Part shown: positions 24,854-39,231 of the stretch, in pieces
How the letters are laid out: each line of letters begins with the position of its first letter
Position numbering within the stretch: the stretch's first letter is position 1
NCBI GenBank assembly: GCA_043228905.1
Contig: JBHGNT010000001.1
Coordinates: 22,258,001 to 22,322,000 of the forward strand
Length of the DNA: 64,000 bases
Origin: Azolla caroliniana
Taxonomy: Eukaryota > Plantae > Polypodiophyta
Reading direction: 5' to 3'
Program-made: the position numbers and the translations under genes
Notes under the pieces: model-generated
The model's input: the letters and a program-made list of their open reading frames with translations, nothing else
Told to the model about the DNA's origin: nothing
Databases searched by the model: none

Positions 24854-27800
24854 TGTGAAGTGCTCTATATAATAGAATAATCCTCCTTTTCCATTAAGTT
24901 GGAGTTACATCTTATAGGCATGTAGCCTGGCGGGTGTTTTCCCACTCCCATCAGTTATGGGGAGTTGCCCTATTTACGAGGAGTTGATTGAGCCCTGATT
25001 TAGGTACGGTCAATGTGACCTTGGTTAGGTGGGGTCTTGGTTAAGGTTCATGATAATACCACAGTTCCCCCTTGTAAAAAGAAGTTACTATCCCGTTACT
25101 ATGCGGTCGGAGCGAGGTGGGGTGTGGACGGCGTTTCCGAGCAGAAGGACGGCATGGGCGTGGGTGTGGGCGGTGGTAACGAATGGAAGGGCTTGATGTG
25201 CAAAGGTGTAGTGGTTGTTGGAGTCACGACAGAGTAGGTAGGTAGTGTTGCGTATCTGCTTTTGAACTTCGAAGGGGCCGATCCATCGGTGCATCACTGA
25301 CTCACTCAGGCCACAACGATAGATTGGGAAATAGATGAGGTCTTTGTCACCGGCGTGGTATTGATGGTCGGTGCGGCCTGCATTGTGTTGTCGTTTTTGG
25401 TGTAGTTGGGCTTGGTGTAGGTTGCTCGCAATGGCTTTGTAGAGGAGGGGTTGGAGTTGTTGCAGGTGGGACCACCAAGACACTGTGCCTGAGTGGAGTG
25501 GCGTGGTTGGTTGGGGGACTGCCGCTTCTTGGGTTAAGTGCGGATCTCTGCCGTAGAGGGTACAGAAGGGGCTAATGCAGGTGGAGGCCTACATAGTTGT
25601 GTTGTAGGCATGTGTAACGATGGGCAAGATCCGGTCTTAGGTCGAGTGCAAAGGATCAATGTAGCCGAAGGGGCCCAAAATGTCCCATCCCGACGATTCC
25701 AAATGGAGCCTGAACATGAATCAGATGTAAGAGGCCTTGAGACACTTGAGGTGATTTGATGGCCTGACATGAGTTGCATGCTTTGATGTAGGTGGCGACC
25801 TCGTGGCATAGCCTCGACCAGTAGAATCAACAACGGATTTTGTCTAGCCCCTTATGGAAACCCAAGTGGCTGGATAGCGGGTGGTCGTGGAAGAAATGAA
25901 GGTAAGACAGGCGCAGTTGCTTAGGCATGTAGACTCGGGGTTCCTTGCCTTCCTAGAAAAAAAGTAGGACATTATCTTGGATCATGAATTGCTTGGTGAG
26001 GGATGATATGGGCTCGGCGCGTAGGCAGTGGCAGATGTCTTGGATCTTCTTGTTGTGCTGCTGCATGCTCGTCATCTAGGATGAAGATACGGGGGCATCG
26101 GTTGTGCAAGAGGCAACCTGGTTTAGTTGAAGTGATATATGGGATAAGCCATCGACGACGATGTTCTGGGGACAACGGTGATACTGCAAAGTGAACGTGT
26201 AATACTGTAACAGCAAAGCCCATCGGTGTAAGCGATCGGGTGGGTGAGTCTTCCGTATGAGGGAGAGTAATGGTTGATGGTCGGTCTCGACTGATGTGGT
26301 TGATCCGTGCAGATATGGGTGGAAACGGTGGAATGCCCAGACGATGGTGAGCATCTCTTTTTTTGTTGTCGTGTAATTCTCGTCGGCTTTTGTAAGTGAC
26401 CGACTTATGTAGGCAATTGGGCGTAGTTGGTCGTTGTTGTCGGATTGTAGCAGGACCGTCCCGAGTTTGACATTGGAGGCATCTGTTTGTAGATGAAAAG
26501 GCTTCGTGAAATTAGGGTGTGCCAAAAGGTTAGAGGCTTGGAGCGTTCGCTTGAGCTGGAGGAAGCTGGATTCATAGGCGTCGGTCCATAGAAAAGGCGT
26601 TTCTTTTTGTAAGAGTCTGCAAAGTGGGGCCGACATGTCGGCTAGCTGCGGGATGAAGGGGAGAGAGAACCTGAGGAGGCCGAGGAAGCATTGAAGTTGC
26701 TTGACTGTGGTGGGGCGTGGGAATTTTTGGACTGTTCCGTCTTCTCTGGGTCCATTTGTATTCCGTCGAAGGAGATGATGTACCCAATCAAGCGAAGGCG
26801 TGTATTACCCCAATGACACTTCTTCCATTGCAGCTGCAATCGATAGCATTGAACACAAGTTAAGACCTCTTCAAGGACTTGGAGGTGTTCCGCCCAGGTG
26901 CTTGTATGTATCAGAATATTGTCAAGATAGACGATGACGGCACAGTGAGTGATGAGATCATCGAAGATGGCGTTAGCCATTCGTTGGAATGTGCTCCCAG
27001 CATCGGATAGGCCGAAGGGCATCCGTGTGAACAAAAATATCCCTTTCCTATTGCAGAATGTAGTTTTGTGGGCATCTTTAGGGTTCAAGGGGATCTGCCA
27101 ATATCCTGAGGCCAAATCAAGGGAGGAGAAGTACTTTGATTTGCTGAGCTGGTCGAGGAGGTCATTAATACGAGGGAGAGGATATCAGTCATGGGTGGTG
27201 ACATGCTTGAGTTGTCGAAAATCGACATAGAAACCGTAAGATCCGTCCCCTTTTTTTACCATGTGTGGCTCCGAGATCCACTCTCTCTTAGAGGGTGTGA
27301 TGATTCCTTGTTGCAACATACTTTTGATGACATTGTCGATGTGCTCGTGGTCGAGAGGGCAGCGATGTCGGAGGGCTGCACTAATGGGGCGAGCGTTGCC
27401 TGTAGGTATCGTGTGGTGGATCGGAAAGCAGATGGAGGGAGGTTGTGCAGGTGTTGTAGACAAGGAGGGAAAAGTAGATAGGAGTCATCGGATGTTGTGG
27501 AGGTGCTCCGTCGGTGATACCAGGCATTGTGCGTTGTTGATAGAGGGAAAAGTAGATAGGAGTCGTCGAATGTCCTGGAGGCACTCCGTCGGTGATACCA
27601 TGGATTCTGCGTTGCTGATGTAGGTGGTATGTCGCAGGTTGGTGAAGAACACGATCAGAAGGTGATTGGGGAGGACAAGCTGTCGGGAGGAGAAATTGAG
27701 CCAAGCTCGACTGCTGAGGAACCAATCATAGCCTAGAGTGATTGGGAACAACTATCGCGGGAGGACGTAGAAACAGTGTTCGGTCTGGGCAGAACTAATG

Positions 27801-29266
27801 GTGAGCATGCACATGACTTGTGTATGAGAGTGGTATAGCTGTTGCGGGTCGCCGAAGAGGATTTTAATGGGTGGTGCATGGTTTGTGGGAAGTTACAGGG
27901 CTACTAAGTCTACGCTGATGGAAGAGATGCTGCTATCAGAGTCAAGGAGCACTTCTTGGGTTGTGTGCTGGAGGTGGGCGATCATGGTACAGACAGGAGA
28001 AGTTGATGACGTGAAGGCATGGACGTGCGGGGCGACTCTCCCTATGGCACCCCGCAAATTAGTTTTCCGACAGCTTAGAGAGAGAGGCTGCATTGGCTAA
28101 TTGGAAGTTATGCTTCCGTTGTTGGTTTTGACACTTCTTGTAGTGATGTTGGATGTGACCATAGTTGTTGCAGTAGAAACATTGGGGCATCCTTGGCTAT
28201 CTTGTTCCAGCAAGGCATGCTTGGTGCGTAATTGCATGTTCTGGACGTCAATGTCCATGGGAGTGGCCGTTGGCGTAGTATGATCGTGACTAAGATTACC
28301 TAGTGTGTGCAGGTCGTGTGCATCTGTAGCTTCCATACGTTGGGCGGTGATGATGGCTTCGTGTAGTGTCTTCGGTCCTTTATCGCATACCTGACCGTAG
28401 AGGTTGTGTCATATGCGCGACCAGAAGAAAAACAGCTTCATGTCTTCCGACATGTTGGGGTCAACCCGTCGTAGGATCTGCACAAACCAAACCACGAACT
28501 GGGTGGTGGGTTCGCATGGCTACTAGGCGATTGGTTCGAGTTCTTGTAGGGTTGTTTGATGGGAGTCTTGATGTGCGAAATTCCGAATCATGGTTGCGCA
28601 TAACAGGTCCCAGTTGTTGCGTGTCTCCTCGAGTTGTTGCACGAGCCATGTTGGTGCGATATTCTCGAGGAGTGTCTTCATTTCCATTTCCTTTTGTGGG
28701 TGTGGCCACTGGTGGTAACTGGCCACCATGTCGACATGCTCCAACCAAGAGAAGAAGCCCTTTGATGGTAGGCCAGAAAATGGTTTTGGGCGAACTCGGG
28801 GTTCGGGAGATTCTGTTGTGGCTCAGATCGTGCTAAGAGGAATGACAACATGGCTTGGTTAGTATGGTTAACTTGTAAAATAATACTAGACATTACCTGA
28901 ACTAGTTGGTCGATTTGTGATGAGTGTTGATGTTCTTGAGTTTGTCGTTGCAGGAATTCTGGACTCATGGAGTTTGTGTTCCCGTTGTTGTCGTGCTACA
29001 TCGTGGCATGTGTTGTTGGGGTCGTGAGTTGGGGCTGCTCTGCCTGTCTTCTCCACCAGGATGTGAAGTGCTTTGAATAATAGAATAATCCTCCTTTTCC
29101 ATTAAGTTGGAGTTACATCTTATAGGCATGTAGCCTGGCGGGTGTTTTCCCGCTCCCATCAGTTATGGGGAGTTGCCCTAATTACGGGGAGTTGATTGAG
29201 CCCTGATTTAGGTACAGTCAATGTGACCCTGGTTAGGTGGGGCCTTGGTTAAGGTTCATGGTAATA
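24854..29266 (-). mobile_element. Gypsy-E element with short (~210 bp) LTRs (24854-25063; 29062-~29266), degenerate
   Basis: LTR pair. PBS TGGTGGAGA (tRNA-Ala-like) at 29050-29058 and PPT at 25064-25073. RT ASGYWQI..YLDN, RH QTDAS..TDHQPL, IN C-terminus WIGPF. Confidence 0.88.
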
Positions 29267-32200
29267 GTGACCTTGCCTTGGTTTAGTCAATATGCATGTA
29301 TAAATGAGTGTAATGTATGTATATACATTTTTATGGATGTAATGTTTAAATGTAGGTACATATATGCATGTATATGTATGTATGTATGTATGTATGCCAC
29401 TCCAAATTTGACTATTGTTTGCACAATATATTCTTTATTATGTCATTGAATTATCTAATATTTCATGGGCTTATGTAATTTTTTTCTATAGCATAATTGA
29501 TAATTACCCTTATGTAAATATATTTTTTATGCATTTGTTAATACCTTATATATATACATTCTATATCTTAATGGTTAATTTAAACCCCTTTTGATGAACT
29601 CACGTGCTATCATACAAGTTTTCACAGTGAAGCCCCTAGGGATCACCATCAGAGGTCTTTCAATTGAGTGCCCTAGGAGCATACCCTTTACTGCTCGGCA
29701 AACCCTGGTTAAAAAGCCCATATTAAGCAAAATTGGCTGAAAAATATGCATAGTTTCCGGCGCGACAAGACTAAAGTCCGGGCACCGACACAAGAACGGG
29801 CCAAGGCAATAAAACAGTTGGTGGCCTTGTACCCAAAAGGAACCAATATGTTGGACGAATTAGCTGATGAGGAAGTGGATTGGTACTTGGAAGAGCATCC
29901 CAAGATAGTTATGTTGTTTGAGGTAAACGTAGTAGAGGCAGTCATGCTTTATGTAACCAGTAGGGAGAAAGATACTTACGAATTGGATTCAGAGGTTATC
30001 CAAGAACTCCAGCAAGCGCTGGAAGCTTTGGAGAAGGAAAGGGCCATGTCACAACACGTAAAAGCATCAACACTGGAGGACATCAATCTCAACACGATCA
30101 AGGAACCACGACGAGTGAACGTGGCTAAGGAGATGCCACCGGAGGATAAGACGGCAATGATCGGATTGCTGACAGAAATTAAAGACTTATTCACTTGGTC
30201 GTTCAAGGATTCCTAGATGACTTCGCTGTGTACAGCCGTAAGACAAAGCACTTGGACCATCTTCGGATATGTCTAGAGAAATGTCGGACCGCTAGGCTAA
30301 GCTTGAATCTGGCAAAATGTGCTTCTGGAGTCTCCAGCGGAGCGTTACTAGGCTACATTGTGAGTAAGGAAGGGATTGTTGTGGACCCAGAAAAAGGGAT
30401 GGCGATTTTACAAGCACCGACACCAACAAACGCAAAGGCATTAAGCAGATTTCTTAGACAAATCCAGTGGCATAGCCGGATGCTCTGGTATTTAGCAAAT
30501 TTTGCCACACCACTACATGTTACGGTGCACCGGTTGTCGTTTCGATGGACAGAGCATGAGGCCAAGACGTATCGAGCGCTAAAGGTAATGTTGTCACAAG
30601 CCTTGGTAGTGCAGCCACCTAACTGGACGAAGGATTTTCACGTGTTTGTGGACATGTCGGATGTGGCAATAGGGAGTGGATTGATGCAACTCACGGAGCT
30701 GAAATGGTATCGGCCGGTGTATTACGCAAGCCGGAAGCTCTCGAATGCTGAAAGAGATTATTCCACAACGGAAGGAGAAGCACTAGGCATGGTATATAGT
30801 GTGACAAAGTGTTGGCACTACATGTTAGGTCAGAAGTTTTCGTTCCACATCAATTATTCTATGGTAGTATATCTGGTGTCCTGTAAACTAGCTAGGTGGA
30901 CCTTGCTTCGGCAAGAATTTGAGTTTGAAATATACCATAGGCCCAGAGTTCAACATCTCGTAGCAGATTATTTAAGCTGGTTGGAGTCCGGGATGAATTT
31001 CTGGATGCGCAATTGTTCAAATCATCGCGGAATAGGTAGCAGATGAGCCGGTATCGGTGGAAGACAAATGGATGACAGACATGCACCAATTTCTAAGTAG
31101 CGGGTTGCACCGAAAGAGATGAATGGAAGCGACTAGCGGTGTAGAGCAAGCATTTCTACCACTTATAGGACATACTCTGCCACAACGGACCCAACAAAGT
31201 ATGGAGAAGAGCTATCCAGAGTGACAAAAAGAAGGCGATACTCCAAGAAGTGCATTGTGGAATAGCCAAAGACCATTATGATGGAGAGCTAATGGCCAGA
31301 AAATTTGGCGCAGTGGGTTGTGGTGGCCAATCACCTTAGAAGACTCCATCCAGTACTACAAGGACTGCGATTTGTGCCAAAGAATGGGCCAACCGGCAGA
31401 GCAGGCCCAAATGCCACACTAGCCGGTATTACCGTTGGACTATTTCAGAAATGGGGGTTGGATTTTGTCGGACCGTTGAAGCAGGTATATCATAGTGGTA
31501 ATAGACTATTGTATGAAATGGGTTGAGGCAAAGGCATTACGGGACATTGACGACAAAAGTTCTTTATGATATATATGGTGTCAAGAAGAGAATACAAGAA
31601 GAGGCTCTGGAGAAAGAGAAAGAACCGGTTGCTACCACAACACCAGAAAAAGAGCGCGAATGGGAGAAAGAAATTGATGCGTTGAAGGAAGAATTGGTCT
31701 CGCAATTGGCAGTCAAAGAAAAAGAAAAAGAACTATGGAAGACAACCGAAGAAGATAAATGGAGGATAGAAGACCGACTCCGACGTTTGCAGAGTAACGT
31801 GGACCAGCTGAAGGAGGAGAAGGATACGCTACAATAGGAAAAGGACAAGCTCTGACAATTGGTGGAAACAGAGATTTAGCGTCTCAAAGAGGAACTCTAG
31901 CAATAGAAGGAATGGGACAATCAGTTGAGATCACACGTTAACTGACGCCTGAAACAAAAATCAGAGGATTTTGACAAGCTGTACCGGGACCATAAAAAGC
32001 TCGAGACAGAGTATGACCGACAACAAGAAAGAAAGAAATAAAGAAAGATATATTAACGTCTTCTAAGGCCAAAATTGGCCCATGAGACAAATGGTTCACA
32101 AAAAAATGGGATATTTACCCATTCATCGAAAGAGGCCCGTGTGGAACTAAAGGAGAAGATGGAAGCGTTAATAGCGCAGTAGAAGTTACTGGAAGAAAGC

Positions 32201-33334
32201 ACGATACAACAATTGGTTGACACGGCAAAGGAGCTATCCGAGCTTCTTGTCATGCAAAACCAGATAATCGAATGCTCAAGGGTGGTATTGGAGAAAGTAC
32301 AGACGACATACCAAACCCGCATCATGGATTATGAAGTGCAAGCAATGGTAGCAACAACACTAATCAAGTAGCTGAAGAAGGAAAACAAGGCCATGGAGGA
32401 CAAGGTTGAAATGGGCATCAAACACATCCTAATGATCATCAAAGATTGGAGGGACCGAATAAAATGAAAATAAACAATTGTTCCGTGACGGTCTGGAATC
32501 ATTGGCCGAAGCAGGCGGGAGCTCTAAGTTCTCACAACCGATGTTGAAAACCGGAAGAAGGCTAGTGACAACTTCTACAAGATGGACGAAGAAAGTATCA
32601 TCACCATTCAGGAGGAGTTGTTGGAGAACTTCTATGTGTTGGACGATGTCTAGATAGATGCCGTTTGAAGGTTGTTTGAGGGATTTGAAGATGATCAACT
32701 ACAGGTTACACTACAAAGCAAAGAATAGAACAGATCAACATTAGTGATGAAGATCAATAGCTGGATCTAGAGCTACAGACATTGTCGTGCCTTTCGGCTC
32801 TGGATCGTTGCATGAATCGGGTGGGAACCACCGAGGTTTTGGACTAGGAGAAAAGAAAATTCTAAGATAATTAAGAATATGAAATATATGGTAAGAAAGA
32901 AAGATATGAAAAACTCGTGAATCCCACGAGTATAGTGTATTAATTGATACTTAGAATGTCAGAGAGAAATAGATGGCAAAATTGTGAATCCCACGAATAT
33001 TTTTTTATTAATCAATCCTTGTAAAATAATCAACAACCCCCAATACATCTTTCTCTCCTCCTTATATAAGGATGGAAGAGGCTAAGCATAGCTTCATGCT
33101 TTTTCTTAAGTGTTTATGCACACTAAATGTGCATGAGTTGCCTTTTTACACTATGCTTTTATTTCCTAAATATAGTGCTCATGCTCGTTAGATGTGCATG
33201 AGTCATTTTTCATTGGTGTACATTTTTCTTATAAATAAAGTATTCACGCATTCTAAAAAAATGCATGACTTACCTTTTAATAAAGGTAGGCGTAAATAAA
33301 GGTCTTATATGTATTAAATCTATATTTAGAACAC

Positions 33335-33410
33335 TTAGGATAAGTTAGTACAATGGTAAGGTTGGGGTTTGTCTACGTGGAGGTACAAGGTTTGAATCTT
33401 GCCCTATGCA
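33335..33410 (+). other. tRNA-like A-box/B-box module in the gypsy-C LTR (second copy ~45125-45200)
   Basis: TTAGTACAATGGTAAGG ... CAAGGTTTGAATCTTG, with TAGG/CCTA acceptor-like pairing. Confidence 0.6.
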
Positions 33411-34695
33411 CGTAATAAATATTTGTAATATTTTATTTTATTTATTATACGTACTTTAAATCAGATATAGTATTTTACATATTTCACGTAGTGTGTAATT
33501 CACACTACGACACTCGCCCCCTCCGAACCCGCACATCCTCCGGTATGTGCCGAAGTCCCCGATGATTGTTATTCACCTTCATCTAAACCTTCCTCCGATT
33601 CTCCCCTTAAGTCGACTATGAGTTGTAATGCACTTTCTTCGCTTTCCGCATCACCGCGATCTTTGTTTGATTGCTCCTTCTTGTCGGTCTTGTCTAGGAT
33701 CACATAGGGTTCTTCATTAGTTCGCTTCTTGAAAATCTTCACCCATGTCCTGGCTATAGGCACTCGTAGCATCGTTCCATCCAACTCGCATAGTCGGTAA
33801 GTTCCGTTGTCGAAAACTTTCTGAAACTCGTATGGCCCGAACCACCTTTTTGCGAACTTCCGCATCGTTGTATGTTGATGATCCAAACTACTGTCGTAGA
33901 CAATCACCCAATCTCCTTCTTCATGACGGGAACTCAAGGCTCCTTTTGCACAACTCTCGGCCACAACCGAGCTTAGGATCATACACAGAAAACAGAAATA
34001 AAACACGACACAAAGAAGAGGAAGATACACAGGAGGTTTACGTGGAAAACCCCAAACTAGGGTAAAAAACCACGGTAGCCCACAGGTTGCAAACTATCAC
34101 TATGTTAGAATGTACAACAGTGAGTTCACGGAGGCAACGACCTCGTGCTCACGATCTTCAGCACAGGTGGCGGTTACAACAGAGGCAACGACCTCTTTCT
34201 CTCTCTCTCTCTCTGTACACAGTTACGCACTCTCTCACTCCTTGTGCCAACAAGAATGACAACAACAGTTTCTAGAAGTTTGCCCTAAGTCATATTTATA
34301 CTAATATGACTTTTTGGCTATCTACAAATATAGCCTCGATGGACTCTCAGAAACATATTTACGAATATGTCTCTTCATCCGGTGAGCATTCCTCACCGGG
34401 TCTGCACCATCCGGCTCTCCGTAGCCGGGTACTCCTCATCTGGTTCATACCGGGTCTGTATCATCCGGCTCTCCGTAGCCGGGTACTCCTCATCCGGTTC
34501 ATACCGGGTCTGTATCATCCGGCTCTCCGTAGCCGGGTACTCCTCATCAGGTTCATACCGGGTCTGCACCATCCGGCTCTCCGTAGCCGGGTCCTCCTCA
34601 TACGGATTCGGCCTCGGCCTCGGCCGAGTTTGTTCATCGGCACTGTTCTTCTCCCTTCCCATCCGGAGGGACCTGTCTCCCAACAAACTCCCCCT

Positions 34696-37600
34696 TCACT
34701 CCGGCATGGGGTGTCTTACCAGTCTGATTCTCTTCCGGCATGCATCCAGCTTGTCGGGTATCAACACTTTGGTCAGCATATCTGACCCGTTCTCGGCCGT
34801 GTGGATCTTCATTAGCGCGAATTCCTGGTCATCCACTCTTTCTCGGATCTAGTGGTACCTCTGCTGGATATGCTTCGTCCGAGAATGGTAGGTCGCATTC
34901 TTAGCAAGGTGAATGGCACTTTGACTGTCGCAATAGAGTCGGTATTCATCTTGCCAGATACCGAGCTCTCCGATGAAGTCCTTCATCCATAATATTTCCT
35001 TGCCGGCTTCCACAACTGCCATGTACTCCGCCTCCGTGGTTGACAATGCAACCGTCTTCTGCAGCCTCAACTGCCACGAAACAACTCCCCCTGCATATGT
35101 CATTACATACCCGGATGTAGACCGGCTGGTATCCACATCAGCCGACATGTCCGAGTCGGTGAAACCGTCCAGTTGAGGTTTTCCGGAGCCGAATCGGAGA
35201 CACATATTTGAAGTGCCCTTCAAATACCGGAGTATCCATTTGACCGCGTTCTAGTCCTCCTTGCCAGGATTGCTCATGAACCGGCTCACCACTCCGATTG
35301 CGTATCCTATGTCCGGTCGGGTACAAACCATTGCGTACATCAAGCTCCCGACGGCAGAGGCATATGGAATCTTCATCATATCCGCCTTCTTTGCTTTCGT
35401 CTTCGGGCTTTGCTTACCGGATAGCCTGCAGTTTGCCGGAAGTGTCGATCTGACCGGTTTCGCTTGTGACATGTTGAACCGGTGAAGCACCTTTGTCATG
35501 TACTTCTCCTGTGACAGCCATAATTGCTTCTTTGACCGGTCCCGAATGATGTGCATCCCCAACATCTGTCTTGCTGGACCCAAGTCTTTCATTGAGAAGG
35601 TCCGGTTGAGATCCTTCTTCAGCATCCGTATTTTGACTTGGTCACGTCCGACGATCAACATGTCATCCACGTACAGAAGGAGTATCCGGAAGTCGCCTCC
35701 TTCGAACTTCTTCACAAACACGCAGTGATCAGCCTGCGTCTTATGGTACCCTTGATCGGTCATGAAGGAATCGAACCTCCAGTACCATTGTCGGGGAGCC
35801 TGCTTTAGTCCGTACAGGCTCCTCTTCAGCCGGCATACCAGGTGCTCCTTCCCTTTCTCCACGAATCCTTCCGGTTGCTGCACGTAGATCTCTTCTTCGA
35901 GGTCATCGTGGAGGAATGCCGTCTTCACGTCTAGCTGCTCTACCTCGAGGTCCATGCTTGCCGCTATACTCAACACCGTCTGGATGGAGGTCATCTTTAC
36001 TACCGGGGCAAATATCTCGTCGAAGTCCACGCCCTTCTTCTGCTGGAACCCCTTCACCATTTGTATCTCGGGGGGTTGCCGGCATCTCCCGGTTTCAACT
36101 TGTACACCCACTTGTTTCGGAGTGCCCGCTTTCCTTTCGGCAACTCCACCAATTCGTACGTATGGTTCCCATGTAGGGAATCCATCTCATCCTGCATGGC
36201 ACTTAACCATTTTCGGCTATGGGTGTCTTCCTTCGCTTCTTTGAAGCTTTCCGGCTCCCCCTCATCGGTCAGCAGAACATGCTCTGCATCCGGAAATCTC
36301 CGGGGGGCCCTTCTCTCTCTGAGAGGATATCTCCATCTCTGGGCTTCGGTGACCGGCTCATCCATCTGCTCTTCATCCGAATCCGATTCGGGGTCTTGGC
36401 CGGTTCTGGTTTCAGTTTCCTCTACTTCTTCTTCAGCCCGTTCGGTGTCCTCACCGTAACCGTCTAGTCCCTCGAGTGCTAACCGGTCTCTTGCCGGTTG
36501 GGTCTGCTCATCGTAGAGTCGATCCTTACCAGTCGACTCAGAGTTCATTATCTTCTTCTCCGACTCCCAGTCGGCGAGCGTCTTGTTCTCCATGAAGATA
36601 ATATCTCGACTCCGGAATATCTTCTTGTCGACCAGGTCCCACACTCAGTAGCCGAACTCATCGTCACCATAACCGAGGAATATGCATGGCCGGGTCTTTG
36701 GATCTAACTTTCCTCTCCGGTCCTTAGCTACATGCACGTACGCGAGACACCTGAACACCTTCAGATGCCGGTAGGATACTTCCTTACCGGTCCACACTCT
36801 CTGTGGCGTGTCTCCGTCCAAGGGTACTGAGGGCGATCTATTTATCACGTATGTCGCCGTCGACAGTGCCTCTGCCCAAAACTTCTTGGCTAGTTTTGCA
36901 TACGCAAGCATACTCCGGACCCTCTCCATTATGGTCCGGTTCATCCTCTCGGCCAGTCCGTTTAGTTCCGGCGTCTTCGGCACGGTAAATTCGAGCCGGA
37001 TTCCCTTCGAGCGGCAGTACTCCTCGAACTGTCCCCAGTATTCTCCTCCGTTATCTGCTCGAACCGTCTTCAGCTTCCGTCTGGTTTCTTTTTCCACTCT
37101 CACGTGGAGCTCTTTGAAGACGGATAACACCTGATCCTTCGTCTTCAACGGTGTGGCCCATAGCTTCCGGCTGTGGTCATCTATGAACGTCACGAAGTAC
37201 TGCGCTCCAGCATGTGACTTCGTGTCTACTTGACACACATCCGTATGCACCAACTCCAGTGGTGCATTACGTCTCATCGATGGCCTTGGTCGGAAGGAGG
37301 TCTGGTTATGCTTACCGGCCAGACAATCAGTGCACTTCTCGAAATGCACGTTCTTCACTGGAATGAGGTTGTCTTCTGCAAGCCTCTTCATCCCCTTCTC
37401 GCTCATGTGACACAGCCTCTTGTGCCATAGCTCACCGGCAGTGTCGGATGCCACGTTCACTTCCTCCGGACATAACCGGGCATTCATCAGGTACAGGGTG
37501 TTGACCTTCCGGGCCCGAGCCACAATCAGGCTCCCCTTGCTGAACTTTATGACACCGTTCCGGATGCTACCCGTGTAGCCTTCATCATCTAGCCGACCGG

Positions 37601-38732
37601 CTGATATCAGGTTCAAACGAACCTTCGGAACGTGTCGGACATCCCTCAACAACAACTTCAATCCGGTTGGTGTCGACAGCCACACGTCTCCTATGCCGAC
37701 AATTCGGCATGTACCTTCATTCCCCATCCGGACACAGCCGTGATCACCGGCTGAGTAGGATGAGAAGCATTTCCGGTTCGGGGTAAGGTGGAACGATGCT
37801 CCGGAGTCTACCACCTAGGTCATCTCGTCGCCGGCCAGGTTTATCTCACTCTCCTCGGTGATAAGCATCAACTCCTCTTCACTTGCCGCGATTGCCGTCG
37901 TTCCCTTCCGGTCCGGTCCCCTACGGTCTTTACCGTTCCGGTCCGGTGTCCGCTTCGAATCAGTGCCGTCGGTTTCCTTGTCTTTACGGAAGTGCCGACA
38001 AATCTTCTGGAAGTGTCCCGGCTTGCCGCAATAGAAGCAAGTGGGCCTCCCCCTTGACTTTGACCATGTCCCCGACTTCTCCCGGTTCTGGGGACTATGA
38101 TTTCTATTTCTTCCGCGTTCCGATTCGGTAAGGAGCGCTTTGGAGTCGGAGCTCGTATCTTTATCTTTCCGACGCGCCTCCTCATCTAGCAAGCTTGACT
38201 TTACTCTTGCTAGGGATAACCATTTCCCTTTCGGCCCGGCGTTGCCCACAGTGACAACCAACGTCTCCCAGCTATCCGGGAGGGAACCGAGCAGGAGTAG
38301 CGCAAGTACCTCATCGTCGAGAGGTACTTCCAATGAAGTTGCCTGGTGGATCAGCCCCTGGAAGGCATTCATGTGCTCCGCCATGCTGGAGCCATCTTGG
38401 TACCAGAGTCTTACTAGCTTCCGGAATACCGACACCTGATTAACAACATTTTTGTTCTGAAACATTATGCCGATCTTCTCCCAGAGCTCATGAGCCTTGC
38501 TCTCTTCATTGAAGTTGTTGTACAAGCTCATGTCGATGAAGCACCGTATGTACGCCGTTGTCTTCATGTGCATCACCTCCCATATCGCGGCGTCGATTTT
38601 GTCCGGTCTCTTGTCCCCGAACTGAACCGGCAGCCAGAGGTCTTTAACCACGAGCATGTCCCTCATCTTCGACTTCCACACCGAATAGTTGGAGCCGGTG
38701 AGCTTGAACATGCCACCAAACAATTCGTCCAT
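34696..38732 (-). pseudogene. Copia gag-pol polyprotein (Gag-PR-IN-RT-RH) with about 4 premature stops and 1 frameshift
   Basis: ORFs 37815..38732, 36645..37814, 36054..36644, 35251..36111 and 34849..35223. Motifs CFYCGKPGH, VDSGAS, YVDDML, TDSD. Confidence 0.92.
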
Positions 38733-39231
38733 TTTCTGTGTTGTTATGCTCTGATACCACTTGACAGGAACTCAAGGCTCCTTTTGCACAACTCTCGGCC
38801 ACAACCGAGCTTAGGATCATACACAGAAAACGGAAATAAAACACGACACAAAGAAGAGGAAGATACACAGGAGGTTTACGTGGAAAACCCCAAACTAGGG
38901 TAAAAAACCACGGCACCCCACAGGCTGCAAACTATCACTATGTTAGAATGTACAACAGTGAGTTCACGGAGGCAACGACCTCGTGCTCACAATCTTCGCC
39001 ACAGGCGGCGGTTACAACAGAGGCAACGACCTCTTTCTCTCTCTCTCTCTCTGTACACAGTTACGCACTCTCTCACTCGCGCCAACAAGAATGACAACAA
39101 CAGTTTCTAGAAGTTTTCCCTAAGTCATATTTATACTAATATGACTTTTCGGCTATTTACAAATATAGCCTCGATGGACTCTCAGAAACATATTTACGAA
39201 TATGTCTCTTCATCCGGTGAGCATTCCTCAT

